NCBI GenBank assembly: GCA_003331425.1
Contig: QOOS01000005.1
Coordinates: 22,144 to 86,143 of the forward strand
Length of the DNA: 64,000 nt
Direction of reading: 5' to 3'
Origin: Nitrosopumilus sp.
Lineage (GTDB): Archaea; Thermoproteota; Nitrososphaeria; Nitrososphaerales; Nitrosopumilaceae
Part shown: positions 1 to 8,793 of the stretch, one piece after another
Numbering within the stretch: position 1 is the stretch's first letter
How the letters are laid out: every line of letters begins with the position of its first letter
Notes under the pieces: model-generated
What the model saw: the letters and a program-made list of their open reading frames with translations, nothing else
What the model was told of the DNA's origin: nothing
Databases searched by the model: none
Position numbers and translations under genes: made by a program

Positions 1-627
1 TGCACCACCTTCAATCATATTTGCTACTAATGGTGCTTTGATTTCTTTTCCAATTCTTTTCATTTCGCCTAATGATTTTGGTGCTTCAATAAATACAGCA
101 TCTGCACCTGTTTTTTTATTTTCTAGTCCTCTTTCAATTGCTTTATCTAATCCTTCAGTTGCTCTTGAATCTGTCCTAGCTACAATAATGAAATCTTTGT
201 TTTCACGTGCATCAATAGCAGCACCCAATTTTTCAGTATATTCCTCTTGTGATATTACATCTTTACCTTGCATATGTCCACATCTTTTAGGCCATTTTTG
301 ATCCTCAAGAAAAATTCCTGCAGCCCCTGCAGCCTCTAATTCTTTAACTAATTTCCAAACACTTAATGCATTTCCATAACCTGTGTCTGAATCAACAATT
401 AGTGGAACTGAAATTGCGTTTGAAATTCTTCTTGCATTATCAACTGTTTCGGTTGCACCAATAAATCCATAATCTGGCATTCCAAACAATGTTGCTGAAG
501 TTCCATATCCAGTTTGAAACATTGCATCAAATCCAACATTTTCTGCAATTTTAGCTCCAATTGCATCATATACTCCTGGAATTACTAGAGGTTTTTTTGA
601 TTTAATCATACTGGATAATTTTTTCAT
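1..627 (-). CDS. Isocitrate lyase/PEP mutase family lyase (2-methylisocitrate lyase-like), 3' end outside window
   Basis: Manual translation from ATG 627: MKKLSSMIKSKKPLVIPGVYDAIGAKIAE..GFDAMFQTGYGTSA..DSDTGYG..GIFLEDQKWPKRCGHMQGK; KRCGH is the lyase-type active-site loop; frame stays open to position 1. Confidence 0.9.
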   Translation of the reverse strand, partial: MKKLSSMIKSKKPLVIPGVYDAIGAKIAENVGFDAMFQTGYGTSATLFGMPDYGFIGATETVDNARRISNAISVPLIVDSDTGYGNALSVWKLVKELEAAGAAGIFLEDQKWPKRCGHMQGKDVISQEEYTEKLGAAIDARENKDFIIVARTDSRATEGLDKAIERGLENKKTGADAVFIEAPKSLGEMKRIGKEIKAPLVANMIEGGA

Positions 628-667
628 AAGTTTCTACTTTTTTTGAATTATTTATGATTTTAATTTA

Positions 668-1177
668 TTATTGTATTTTGATTTCTTTTCCTTTTTTCTT
701 TACTTTTTTTCCATCCATTTTATTTAATTCATCTTGAAGAAATTGTCTATATTTTTGAGTTTCTTCATCTGTCATATTTGTCAAGTTTGAACTTAAAATC
801 GAACCCATTGATGAAATTTTTTCTAATAAATCTAATGCGACAAATCTTCCCACATTTCCTAATCTAAAAAGGACATCTAATTGATTTTTAACAATATCAT
901 TAATTTTGTCTACATCTTGTGCTGTTTCTAAACCGTGTTTTGTTAATTGATATCTGCCATCTTTTGTCTCTTCAATTAATTTTTCATCTAGTAATCTACC
1001 TAATAATGGATAGATTAATCCTGGGGATGGTTTCCAAATCCCATTACTTTGCTCAACTGCATAATCGATAATTTCTTTTCCTGTGTATGTTTTCTCTTTT
1101 AGTAATTCCAAAATGAAATATCTTGAAAATCCTCTTGGTACTGAACTTCCTACTCTTTGAAACCACTCTGAAATCAT
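668..1177 (-). CDS. PadR family transcriptional regulator
   Basis: RYFILELLKEK..TGKEII..WKPSPGLIYPLLGRL..Y.LT..G is the PadR wHTH pattern; ATG 1177 preferred over GTG 1192 of the ORF track. Confidence 0.9.
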   Translation of the reverse strand: MISEWFQRVGSSVPRGFSRYFILELLKEKTYTGKEIIDYAVEQSNGIWKPSPGLIYPLLGRLLDEKLIEETKDGRYQLTKHGLETAQDVDKINDIVKNQLDVLFRLGNVGRFVALDLLEKISSMGSILSSNLTNMTDEETQKYRQFLQDELNKMDGKKVKKKGKEIKIQ

Positions 1178-1199
1178 CACTAGTGATATCACTAGTGAT
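1176..1199. promoter_or_regulatory. Tandem perfect palindrome (ATCACTAGTGAT)x2, putative PadR operator
   Basis: Two abutting copies of a 12-bp palindrome overlap the padR start codon, next to an AT-rich TATA-like element at about 1201-1214, in the padR/sdhA divergent region. Confidence 0.6.
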
Positions 1200-1261
1200 A
1201 TATTTTAATATTTCTGAACAATACTTCATATTTAACCCAGAAATAGTGAATTTGTATTAAA

Positions 1262-2974
1262 ATGGTAAATTCATTAGAATTTGATCTCATCATTTGTGGT
1301 TCTGGTCTTGCAGGATTAAGAGCAGCAATTTCTGCTGCAAAAAAAGGTCCAAATCTCAAGATTGGAGTTGTTTCTAAAGTTCAGGTAATGCGTTCTCATT
1401 CTGTTTCTGCAGAAGGTGGAACTGCTGCAGTTCTTTTTGAAGATGAAGGTGACACAATTGAATCTCATGTTTATGACACTGTAAAAGGAAGTGACTTTCT
1501 TGCAGACCAAGATGTAGCTGAAAGATTATGTGTAGAAATGCCTCAACAAATTCGTCAATTAGATCATTGGGGAATGCCTTGGTCTAGAAGAGATGATGGT
1601 AGAATTGATCAACGAAATTTTGGTGGGTATAGTTTTCCTAGAGCAACATATGCATCTGATAAAGTTGGATTTTATGAAATGCAAACTTTGTATGATACTT
1701 GTCAAAAATATGAAAATATTGAATATCTAAACGAATGGTTTGTTACATCAATTATTCATGATGGTAAAAAATTCATGGGTGTTACTGCCATAGAATTGTC
1801 TTCTGGTAATTTTTACACCATTAAAGGTAAAGCCCTAATTATTGCAACTGGTGGAGCAGGACGTTTATACAGCTTTTCAACATATGCACTTTCTTCAACT
1901 CCTGATGGTTTGGATATGGGATTCCGTGCAGGTATGGCATTGAAGGATATGGAGTTTGTCCAGTTCCATCCAACTGGAATTTTACCATCTGGAATTTTAA
2001 TCACTGAAGGTGCAAGAGGTGAAGGTGGATATTTGCTTAATAGTCAAGGTGAGAGATTTATGAAAACTTATGCCGCTGGAAAAATGGAATTAGCTCCACG
2101 TGATATTGTTTCAAGATCAATAATGACCGAAATTCAAGAAGGTCGTGGATTTAAACATGAAACTGGAGTTGATTGTATGAAACTTGATTTGAGACATCTA
2201 GGTGATGAAAAAATTAAAGAAAAATTGGGTGGAATTAGAGAAATATCCATTAAGTTTTCAGGAATAGATCCTTCAAAAGATTTGCTTGACATTAGACCTG
2301 TATGCCATTACATGATGGGTGGATTACATACTGATATTGATGGCGCCACCGAAATTCAAGGTGTCTGGGCAGCAGGCGAGGTTGCATGTAATAGTGTACA
2401 TGGTTCCAATCGTTTAGGTGCTAATTCTACTTCTGAATGTATTGTATGGGGCAAAATTACTGGTGAACTTGCAGCAGAATATGCTATGAATAATAATAAT
2501 GGTGATCAATGGCCTCATCATTTAGTTGCAGCAGAAGAGAAGCGAATCTATGATGGAATTTTTAGAGGAAATGGAGATGTAAATCCATATGAAATTAGAC
2601 AAGAACTTACAGATACTTTGAATGATAAAGCATATGTTTTCAGAAATGAAACTGATCTTGTTGATGGTTTAAAGAAAGTTAGAGAACTAAAACAAAAAGC
2701 CTGGAAACATGTTGATGATAAAGCAAAAGAATACAATACCAATTTTGCAAATGTTATGGAACTCGATTCAATGTTTAGAGTTGCTGAGGTACTTTTAGTT
2801 GGAGCTATTAATCGTAAAGAATCTCGTGGTGCTCATTCAAGAACTGATTATCCTAAACGTGATGATGAAAATTTCCTATATCATACACTTGCTTATTATG
2901 ATCCAAATGAACCAATAATGAAAAAACACCCTGTAACAATTACTAAATACAAACCAGTGGAGAGAAAATATTAG
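1262..2974 (+). CDS. sdhA: Succinate dehydrogenase flavoprotein subunit
   Basis: GSGLAG FAD motif, RSHSVSAEGG (FAD-binding His), QFHPTG, EGARGEG, HYMMGG, HGSNRLGANS, ESRGAH. Confidence 0.97.
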   Translation: MVNSLEFDLIICGSGLAGLRAAISAAKKGPNLKIGVVSKVQVMRSHSVSAEGGTAAVLFEDEGDTIESHVYDTVKGSDFLADQDVAERLCVEMPQQIRQLDHWGMPWSRRDDGRIDQRNFGGYSFPRATYASDKVGFYEMQTLYDTCQKYENIEYLNEWFVTSIIHDGKKFMGVTAIELSSGNFYTIKGKALIIATGGAGRLYSFSTYALSSTPDGLDMGFRAGMALKDMEFVQFHPTGILPSGILITEGARGEGGYLLNSQGERFMKTYAAGKMELAPRDIVSRSIMTEIQEGRGFKHETGVDCMKLDLRHLGDEKIKEKLGGIREISIKFSGIDPSKDLLDIRPVCHYMMGGLHTDIDGATEIQGVWAAGEVACNSVHGSNRLGANSTSECIVWGKITGELAAEYAMNNNNGDQWPHHLVAAEEKRIYDGIFRGNGDVNPYEIRQELTDTLNDKAYVFRNETDLVDGLKKVRELKQKAWKHVDDKAKEYNTNFANVMELDSMFRVAEVLLVGAINRKESRGAHSRTDYPKRDDENFLYHTLAYYDPNEPIMKKHPVTITKYKPVERKY

Positions 2975-3406
2975 ATGACTCGAGATGAAAATAAAGAAGG
3001 CATCAAAGGAATGGCCAACCCTGGTCGTTATGGAATTGAAAGAATAGCCTATCTGTTAATGCGTTTAACTGGATTGGGATTGTTAGGCTACTTTATTGCA
3101 CATGTTTATGAAACAAGTAATATTTTACGAGGTAGAATGGGCTGGGATGATTTTCTAGCAATGACTCAAACCACTGAAGGCCATCTCTTTTTAGTTCTTG
3201 TAATTGGTATGTGTGTTTTTCATACTGGAAATGGAATTAGAATTATGTTGGGACATGGTGGTGTTGGTGTGGGAAAACCTGCCAGACCAGATTATCCATA
3301 TAACCCTGCATCCCAAAATTATAGACATAAAATAGGAATTTACTCCTCCATTGTCCTTGCAGCAGTTGCAATGATGTATGGAATGGCAGTAATGTTTGGT
3401 GAATAA
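2975..3406 (+). CDS. sdhC: Succinate dehydrogenase cytochrome b membrane subunit
   Basis: RLTG..F.IAH and VFHTGNGIR heme-His motifs, three TM helices, inside sdh operon. Confidence 0.88.
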   Translation: MTRDENKEGIKGMANPGRYGIERIAYLLMRLTGLGLLGYFIAHVYETSNILRGRMGWDDFLAMTQTTEGHLFLVLVIGMCVFHTGNGIRIMLGHGGVGVGKPARPDYPYNPASQNYRHKIGIYSSIVLAAVAMMYGMAVMFGE

Positions 3407-3752
3407 AATGAAAGAAAGTACAATAATGAAAATTCACTATGGGACTGCTTTAGCATCAGTTGGATTAGTTGCAGTTCATATTTTGATGCGTTTAACAACT
3501 GGGTTTTCAGACTCTTTATCTTATGAAAACGTTTTAGCAAATTATCGATCCGTTCCTTATGTAATAATGCTTGAATTGATTTTGATTTTACTTGCAGTAC
3601 ATGGATTTAATGGATTAAGAGTTATTCTACTAGAACTAAAACAAGGTAGGGTTTATGAAAAGGCTGTTTCGTACGGTGTTGTAATAGGAATGATTGCATT
3701 AATTGGATATGGCTCAAGAACGATAATTATGACAAATATGGGGATGGTATAG
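3396..3752 (+). CDS. sdhD: Succinate dehydrogenase membrane anchor subunit
   Basis: Three TM helices, IHYGT/AVHIL/LAVHGFNGLR; alternative start ATG 3408. Confidence 0.85.
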   Translation: MVNKMKESTIMKIHYGTALASVGLVAVHILMRLTTGFSDSLSYENVLANYRSVPYVIMLELILILLAVHGFNGLRVILLELKQGRVYEKAVSYGVVIGMIALIGYGSRTIIMTNMGMV

Positions 3753-3754
3753 AA

Positions 3755-4522
3755 ATGGCTCAGGTTTCTAGTGTTGCAGATGAACAACCACCAAATCCAC
3801 TTTCTACAACAAAATCCATTTTACTTAGAATTTCAAGATTTAATCCTGAATTTGATGAAACAAACAAATTCATGGAGTTTACTGTATCCTATGAAAAGTG
3901 GACAACAGTACTAGAAGCAATTCTAGATGTTAAAAAACATCATGATCATTCAGTAGCAGTTCGTTATTCTTGTAGACAAGCAACATGTGGATCTTGTGGT
4001 ATGTTGATTAATGGAAAACCTAGATTAGCATGTTTTACTAAAATTAGTGAATTAGATTCTAATGTTGTAACCGTTGAACCTATGAATAATTTCCCAGTAA
4101 TTCGTGATTTAGCTGTAAAATTTGAAAGATTATTTGATACACATCATAAAATCAAACCTTATTTGATTAATGAGGATTCTGAAGTGGATTCCGATGAAAA
4201 AGAATTTCTACAAACTCCTAAAGAAGTAGAAAATTTTATCCAATTTGCAAATTGCATTAAATGTGGATTATGTAATTCTGCATGTCCAACCATGACTACT
4301 GATTCATCATTTGTAGGACCTCAAGCATTAGCACAAGCATATCGATATGTTGCTGATAGTAGAGACAAAGGAAAAGATAGTAGATTAGACATAATTGATG
4401 AATCTCATGGAATTTGGAGATGTCATTTTGCTGGTTCATGTAGTCAAGTATGTCCAAAAGGTGTTGATCCAGCAATGGGAATTCAATTCCTTAGAGGATA
4501 TTTGTTAGGATTTAGAAGTTAA
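3755..4522 (+). CDS. sdhB: Succinate dehydrogenase iron-sulfur subunit
   Basis: SCRQATCGSC..C [2Fe-2S], CIKCGLCNSACP [4Fe-4S], CHFAGSCSQVCP [3Fe-4S]. Confidence 0.97.
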   Translation: MAQVSSVADEQPPNPLSTTKSILLRISRFNPEFDETNKFMEFTVSYEKWTTVLEAILDVKKHHDHSVAVRYSCRQATCGSCGMLINGKPRLACFTKISELDSNVVTVEPMNNFPVIRDLAVKFERLFDTHHKIKPYLINEDSEVDSDEKEFLQTPKEVENFIQFANCIKCGLCNSACPTMTTDSSFVGPQALAQAYRYVADSRDKGKDSRLDIIDESHGIWRCHFAGSCSQVCPKGVDPAMGIQFLRGYLLGFRS

Positions 4523-4863
4523 TCTGTTTTTTTTGGAAGTTCATTTACTTTGTTTGGATTGGGACTATTGTTAACTTGATTGTTGATTTGTTCTGCCATA
4601 AAATGATTTGATACATTTACTTTGACATCTTCAACCCCATCTACCTTCAAAAGATAATCATGAACATCTTGACAAATTTTGAAACCAAATACTGCTGGAC
4701 AAAATGGACTAGTTAGATGTAAATCTACTTTGACGTTACTATCATTGATGTCTACTTCATCAATTAATTCTAATTCCACAATGGATGTGTTGATTTCTGG
4801 ATCTACAATCTTTGATAATTCATCAAAAATTTTGACCCTAAGTAATTTGATATCTTGGCTCAT
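4519..4863 (-). CDS. DUF59 / SufT-like Fe-S cluster assembly protein
   Basis: IVDPEINTSIVELELI..V.LHLTSPFCP DUF59 motifs; converges on sdhB. Confidence 0.85.
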   Translation of the reverse strand: MSQDIKLLRVKIFDELSKIVDPEINTSIVELELIDEVDINDSNVKVDLHLTSPFCPAVFGFKICQDVHDYLLKVDGVEDVKVNVSNHFMAEQINNQVNNSPNPNKVNELPKKTD

Positions 4864-4908
4864 GTCGAAAAAACATTTATGCTATATATAACCATTTTAC
4901 AATCTTAG

Positions 4909-6369
4909 TTGATGTATCGTTCACGATTAGGGACTGATTTGAGTAATATCACTTTAGACTACGTTTCATCAATTGATGATGATTCTCAAATTGCTTTGTA
5001 TGATATTATTGGTAGTCAAGCCCATACAGTAATGCTACTAGAAAATAAAATTATTACCAAAAATGATGCAAAAAAAATTCTATCATCGTTAGAAAATTTG
5101 AAAAATGAAAAATTTGATTCTTCATCTGGGGCAGAAGATATTCATGAGTTAATTGAATCTCTAGTAATTAAAAAATCAGGTATGGCTAGCGGTGGAAAAA
5201 TGCATACTGCAAGATCTAGAAATGATCAAGTTGTTTTAGATGTAAGAATGAAAATTCGAGATGATATTAACATAATTTGTAATTGTCTTTTAGATACTAT
5301 AGAATCACTTGTATCTGTTTCAAAAAATCATCAAAAAACAATTATTCCATTTTACACTCATCTTCAACAAGCTCAAGCTGGTTTATTTTCACATTATCTT
5401 TTAGCTCAAGCTGATGTTTTATCTCGAGATTTTCAAAGACTGTTTGACACATTTGAAAGAATTAATCAAAGCCCACTTGGAGCTGGACCTGTTGGAGGTA
5501 CAAGTATTACAATTGATAGACATAGTACTGCAAAGATGTTGGGTTTTGATGGTGTTGTTGAAAATTCGCTTGATGCAACAAGTACACGTGATTTTGTAGC
5601 AGAGTATGTTGCAATGGTTTCAATTTTAATGACTAATCTTAGTAGAATTTCTGAAGATTTTATAATTTGGTCAACATCTGAATTTTCATTTATTGAATTA
5701 TCTGATGAGTTTACATCACCTTCAAGTGTAATGCCTCAAAAAAAGAATCCTGATATACTTGAACTTACTAGAGGAAAAACTGCAGAAATAATTGGAAATC
5801 TCACTGCAATCTTAACTACTGTAAAAGGTCTAGCTTCTGGTTATGGACGTGATTTACAACAAATCAAATCATCTATTTGGTCAACATCAAAAATTTCCAT
5901 TAGTGCATTACTAATTATAAAATCAATAATTCTAACAATGAAAGTAAATGAAAAACAAATGAAAAAAGTAACTGAGTCTAGTAATTTAATTGCATTAGAT
6001 ATTGCTGAAAAATTAGTACAAGAAGGAGTACCATTTAGAGTAACTCATAAAATTGCAGGTGTCTTAGTTCAATTAGCACATAATTCCAAAAAACCTATTT
6101 CTAAATTATCTACAATAGAAATTAAAAAATCTGTAGAGGGAACCAAAGTTGATTCTAAAGTGGTATCTAAGATAATTTCCAATACTAGTGTTGTTTCGTC
6201 TTTGAAAGACCGAAAATCATTTGGTTCTTCAGGATATGATGAACAAAAAAGAATGATTTCTGATCGAACTGAAAAAATTAATTCTTGGAGGTTAGAAATG
6301 TCTGAAAGAGAAAATAAAATCAAATCTTCCTTAAATGAACTTCAGAAAATAGTTAATGACCTTACCTGA
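4909..6369 (+). CDS. argH: Argininosuccinate lyase
   Basis: HTARSRNDQ, YTHLQQAQ, SSVMPQKKNPD fumarase/ASL signature. Confidence 0.96.
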   Translation: MMYRSRLGTDLSNITLDYVSSIDDDSQIALYDIIGSQAHTVMLLENKIITKNDAKKILSSLENLKNEKFDSSSGAEDIHELIESLVIKKSGMASGGKMHTARSRNDQVVLDVRMKIRDDINIICNCLLDTIESLVSVSKNHQKTIIPFYTHLQQAQAGLFSHYLLAQADVLSRDFQRLFDTFERINQSPLGAGPVGGTSITIDRHSTAKMLGFDGVVENSLDATSTRDFVAEYVAMVSILMTNLSRISEDFIIWSTSEFSFIELSDEFTSPSSVMPQKKNPDILELTRGKTAEIIGNLTAILTTVKGLASGYGRDLQQIKSSIWSTSKISISALLIIKSIILTMKVNEKQMKKVTESSNLIALDIAEKLVQEGVPFRVTHKIAGVLVQLAHNSKKPISKLSTIEIKKSVEGTKVDSKVVSKIISNTSVVSSLKDRKSFGSSGYDEQKRMISDRTEKINSWRLEMSERENKIKSSLNELQKIVNDLT

Positions 6370-6384
6370 TTAATAGAAAGGGAG

Positions 6385-6458
6385 CGGGTCTAGAGGGATT
6401 CGGACCCTCGACAACCGGATTAAAAGTCCGGTGCGCTACCTGGCTGCGCCATAGACCC
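6385..6458 (-). tRNA. tRNA-Lys(UUU)
   Basis: Cloverleaf: acceptor GGGTCTA/TAGACCC, anticodon arm CCGGA-CTTTTAA-TCCGG, T-loop TCCGAAT; CCA not encoded. Confidence 0.95.
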
Positions 6459-6553
6459 ACACAGAAAAATTATTTTCGTGTATAATTTAGTCTTTTAGAA
6501 ATATATCTTATGACAGAAACTTTTAATCTAGGATTTTGATTCATAGTACTTGT

Positions 6554-6631
6554 GCCCTTGTAGTATAGCCCGGTCTAGAATTCGGCCCTGTCACGGCTGA
6601 GACGCGTGTTCAAATCCCGCCGAGGGCGCCA
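6554..6631 (+). tRNA. tRNA-Asp(GUC)
   Basis: Acceptor GCCCTTG/CGAGGGC, anticodon arm CGGCC-CTGTCAC-GGCTG, T-loop TTCAAAT, CCA encoded. Confidence 0.95.
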
Positions 6632-6742
6632 TTATTTTCATTAATTTCGTTGTTATAGCGATCAATATTCAATTTGTCTAGAAAAATTCCACCAAAATTT
6701 CCTACAAGAATATTAAAATTCAGGGAATTTTAGGGAAATTTA

Positions 6743-7459
6743 TTGTCTGAAGAGAAAAAAGAATCTGAAGTTGAAGCAAAAACCACTGAAGAGACTAAAT
6801 CCGAAGAACCATCTGCTGAGGAAATAAAAAAAGCAGAAGAAGCAAAAGCAGAAGCAGAATCAAAAGTAGCTCAAGAAGCAGCAGCTAAAGTTGAAGCAAA
6901 TCTAAAAGCAGTTGCTGATGCAGAAGCTGCAGTAAAAGAAGCTCTTGAAAAAGCAGAAGAAGCAAAAGCCAAATTAGAATCTGCAGCAGAAGAGGAGTAT
7001 AAGGCAATTGCTGCAGAAGTAAAAGCAGATACAGGAAAAAAAGTTGATTATACATTCAAACGTCAAGGTGAAGAAATTTTTAGAAGAGATATGGGTGAAC
7101 CTGAATTTTGGTTAGAAAAAGAAGATAGATTCCCAAGACCTATTCTTTCATCAGATGAACAGGAATCTATTACAAGACAAGCCGAAACTCCTCAGGATCA
7201 AACTCCTGCATACAATCCACAACATGTTCTTAGTCCTGAATTTGGTGGAGTGTCAAATTATGAACGTGGAGTAGATTCTTTCTTGGATGAATTAAAAGCT
7301 AAACTTGCAAAACAAAAAAGTGATCCTGAATCTACAGAAAAAGAAATCCTTGCAACAGAAAATGAAATTACTTACTTAGAATCAATACATGAAAATTTCT
7401 ATATCGGAATGAATGTTTTTAGAACTGCAAAAGGCGGACGGAATAAAATTAGCGCTTAG
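6743..7459 (+). CDS. Hypothetical protein with Ala/Glu/Lys-rich helical N-terminus
   Basis: 238-aa ORF, TTG start, low-complexity EAK-rich first ~95 aa, globular-looking C-terminus; no family recognised. Confidence 0.75.
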   Translation: MSEEKKESEVEAKTTEETKSEEPSAEEIKKAEEAKAEAESKVAQEAAAKVEANLKAVADAEAAVKEALEKAEEAKAKLESAAEEEYKAIAAEVKADTGKKVDYTFKRQGEEIFRRDMGEPEFWLEKEDRFPRPILSSDEQESITRQAETPQDQTPAYNPQHVLSPEFGGVSNYERGVDSFLDELKAKLAKQKSDPESTEKEILATENEITYLESIHENFYIGMNVFRTAKGGRNKISA

Positions 7460-7474
7460 GAATGAGATGAGAAG

Positions 7475-8551
7475 ATGGATCACGTAATTTTTGATGTAAT
7501 GAATGCGAGAGTAACTTTCAAAAATGTTCCATTACATGAGTTATCTAAATTTACGTTTAAGGATGTTGGAGCAGCAGCAGATGAATTTAAAAAAATTCCT
7601 GGTGTTGATGAATGTATTATTATTCAAACTGCTAGCAGAATTGAAATTTTTACAGTAAGTAATACTGAAACTGTAGATTCTCCTGATGCAAGAAGAGCTG
7701 AAGGTAAAACCCTCATTTTGAATCAAGTAAAAGAAACATGGATAAATTTAACAGAATTAGAACAAATTGACATTGATCACTTTGATCAAACAATTGAAGT
7801 TTACAAAAGTGATGATGTTTACCTTAATCTCTTACGTTTAGGTTCTGGTATTGATTCATTTGTTGTTGGAAAACAAGAAGTATTTGATGAAATAGTTCAG
7901 TCTTTATCTCATGCAAAATCTGCAGGAACATCTGGTACTATTCTCAATAAATTATTTGAAAGTGTAATTCGATTATCTTCAAGAATGAGAGATTCTACTG
8001 GAATTGCAAAAGATATTGTATCTCTTGGGGATGTTGCAGTAAAGTTAGTTGAAGAGAAAGCTGGATTAGATGCAAAGAAAAAAGTTTTGTTGATAGGTAC
8101 TGGAAATTCCGCTGCTTTAGTTGCAAAAACACTAAACAAAAAAGAAATTTCTTATGATGTTAGTAGTAGAACCATTGAACGTGCTACAGGATTTAGTAGT
8201 GTTGTCGGTGGAAATCCAATTGATTTCAATGATGTATTAACCACATTTGATAAATATGATATTATTTTTGTAGCCACAACATCGGATTATTTCTTGATTA
8301 CATTTGAAAGAATTCAACTTCTAATGAAAGAAAAGAAAAAGGGTACATTGATTTTAGATTTATCAGATCCTAGAACTGTTGATGAAGGTATAACTGCTCT
8401 TCCCGGAATTAAATTATTGTTTAGAGACCAAATTGCTGAAATTTATGACGAAAGTGTTAAGCACAGAACTACAATTGTTCCTGCCGTTGAAAAAATTATT
8501 GCTAAAGAATTACCTGTATTATCTGCAAGAATGAAAAAACTAGATGCTTAG
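7475..8551 (+). CDS. hemA: Glutamyl-tRNA reductase-like protein, catalytic Cys absent
   Basis: HemA architecture (ECIIIQTASRIE, SG.DSFVVGKQEV, VLLIGTGN, LILDLSDPR.VD); TCNR is TASR and the C-terminal dimerisation region is short. Confidence 0.8.
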   Translation: MDHVIFDVMNARVTFKNVPLHELSKFTFKDVGAAADEFKKIPGVDECIIIQTASRIEIFTVSNTETVDSPDARRAEGKTLILNQVKETWINLTELEQIDIDHFDQTIEVYKSDDVYLNLLRLGSGIDSFVVGKQEVFDEIVQSLSHAKSAGTSGTILNKLFESVIRLSSRMRDSTGIAKDIVSLGDVAVKLVEEKAGLDAKKKVLLIGTGNSAALVAKTLNKKEISYDVSSRTIERATGFSSVVGGNPIDFNDVLTTFDKYDIIFVATTSDYFLITFERIQLLMKEKKKGTLILDLSDPRTVDEGITALPGIKLLFRDQIAEIYDESVKHRTTIVPAVEKIIAKELPVLSARMKKLDA

Positions 8552-8557
8552 AAATAT

Positions 8558-8722
8558 CTATTTTTGTTTTCTAATTAGAATTTGTTTTACTGCTTCAACT
8601 GTATAATCTATCCCATGTTCATTTTCTGCATGATTTCTAAAATCTTCAATTACTTTTTCAGTTTCTCCCTCTGCCACAAAATCACATTCAAAACCATAGT
8701 CACGACACATTATCTTAGCCAT
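8558..8722 (-). CDS. Small DUF1059-like metal-binding protein (54 aa, not in ORF track)
   Basis: Manual translation MAKIMCRDYGFECDFVAEGETEKVIEDFRNHAENEHGIDYTVEAVKQILIRKQK*; C-x6-C and H-x4-H pattern. Confidence 0.8.
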   Translation of the reverse strand: MAKIMCRDYGFECDFVAEGETEKVIEDFRNHAENEHGIDYTVEAVKQILIRKQK

Positions 8723-8793
8723 ATTTTCTTGAAATTAATTATAGTATAAAAATTAAGATATTTTAGATTTAACAAAATAACACTAGGATTTTT

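Noticed and set aside
38-301. 87-aa + strand ORF
   Set aside because: Antisense shadow of the lyase gene on the - strand, which the ORF track missed because it runs off the window.
6684-6731. 10-bp inverted repeat AAAATTTCCT-N18-AGGGAATTTT upstream of the orphan gene
   Set aside because: Imperfect and very AT-rich; cannot be told from chance without conservation data.
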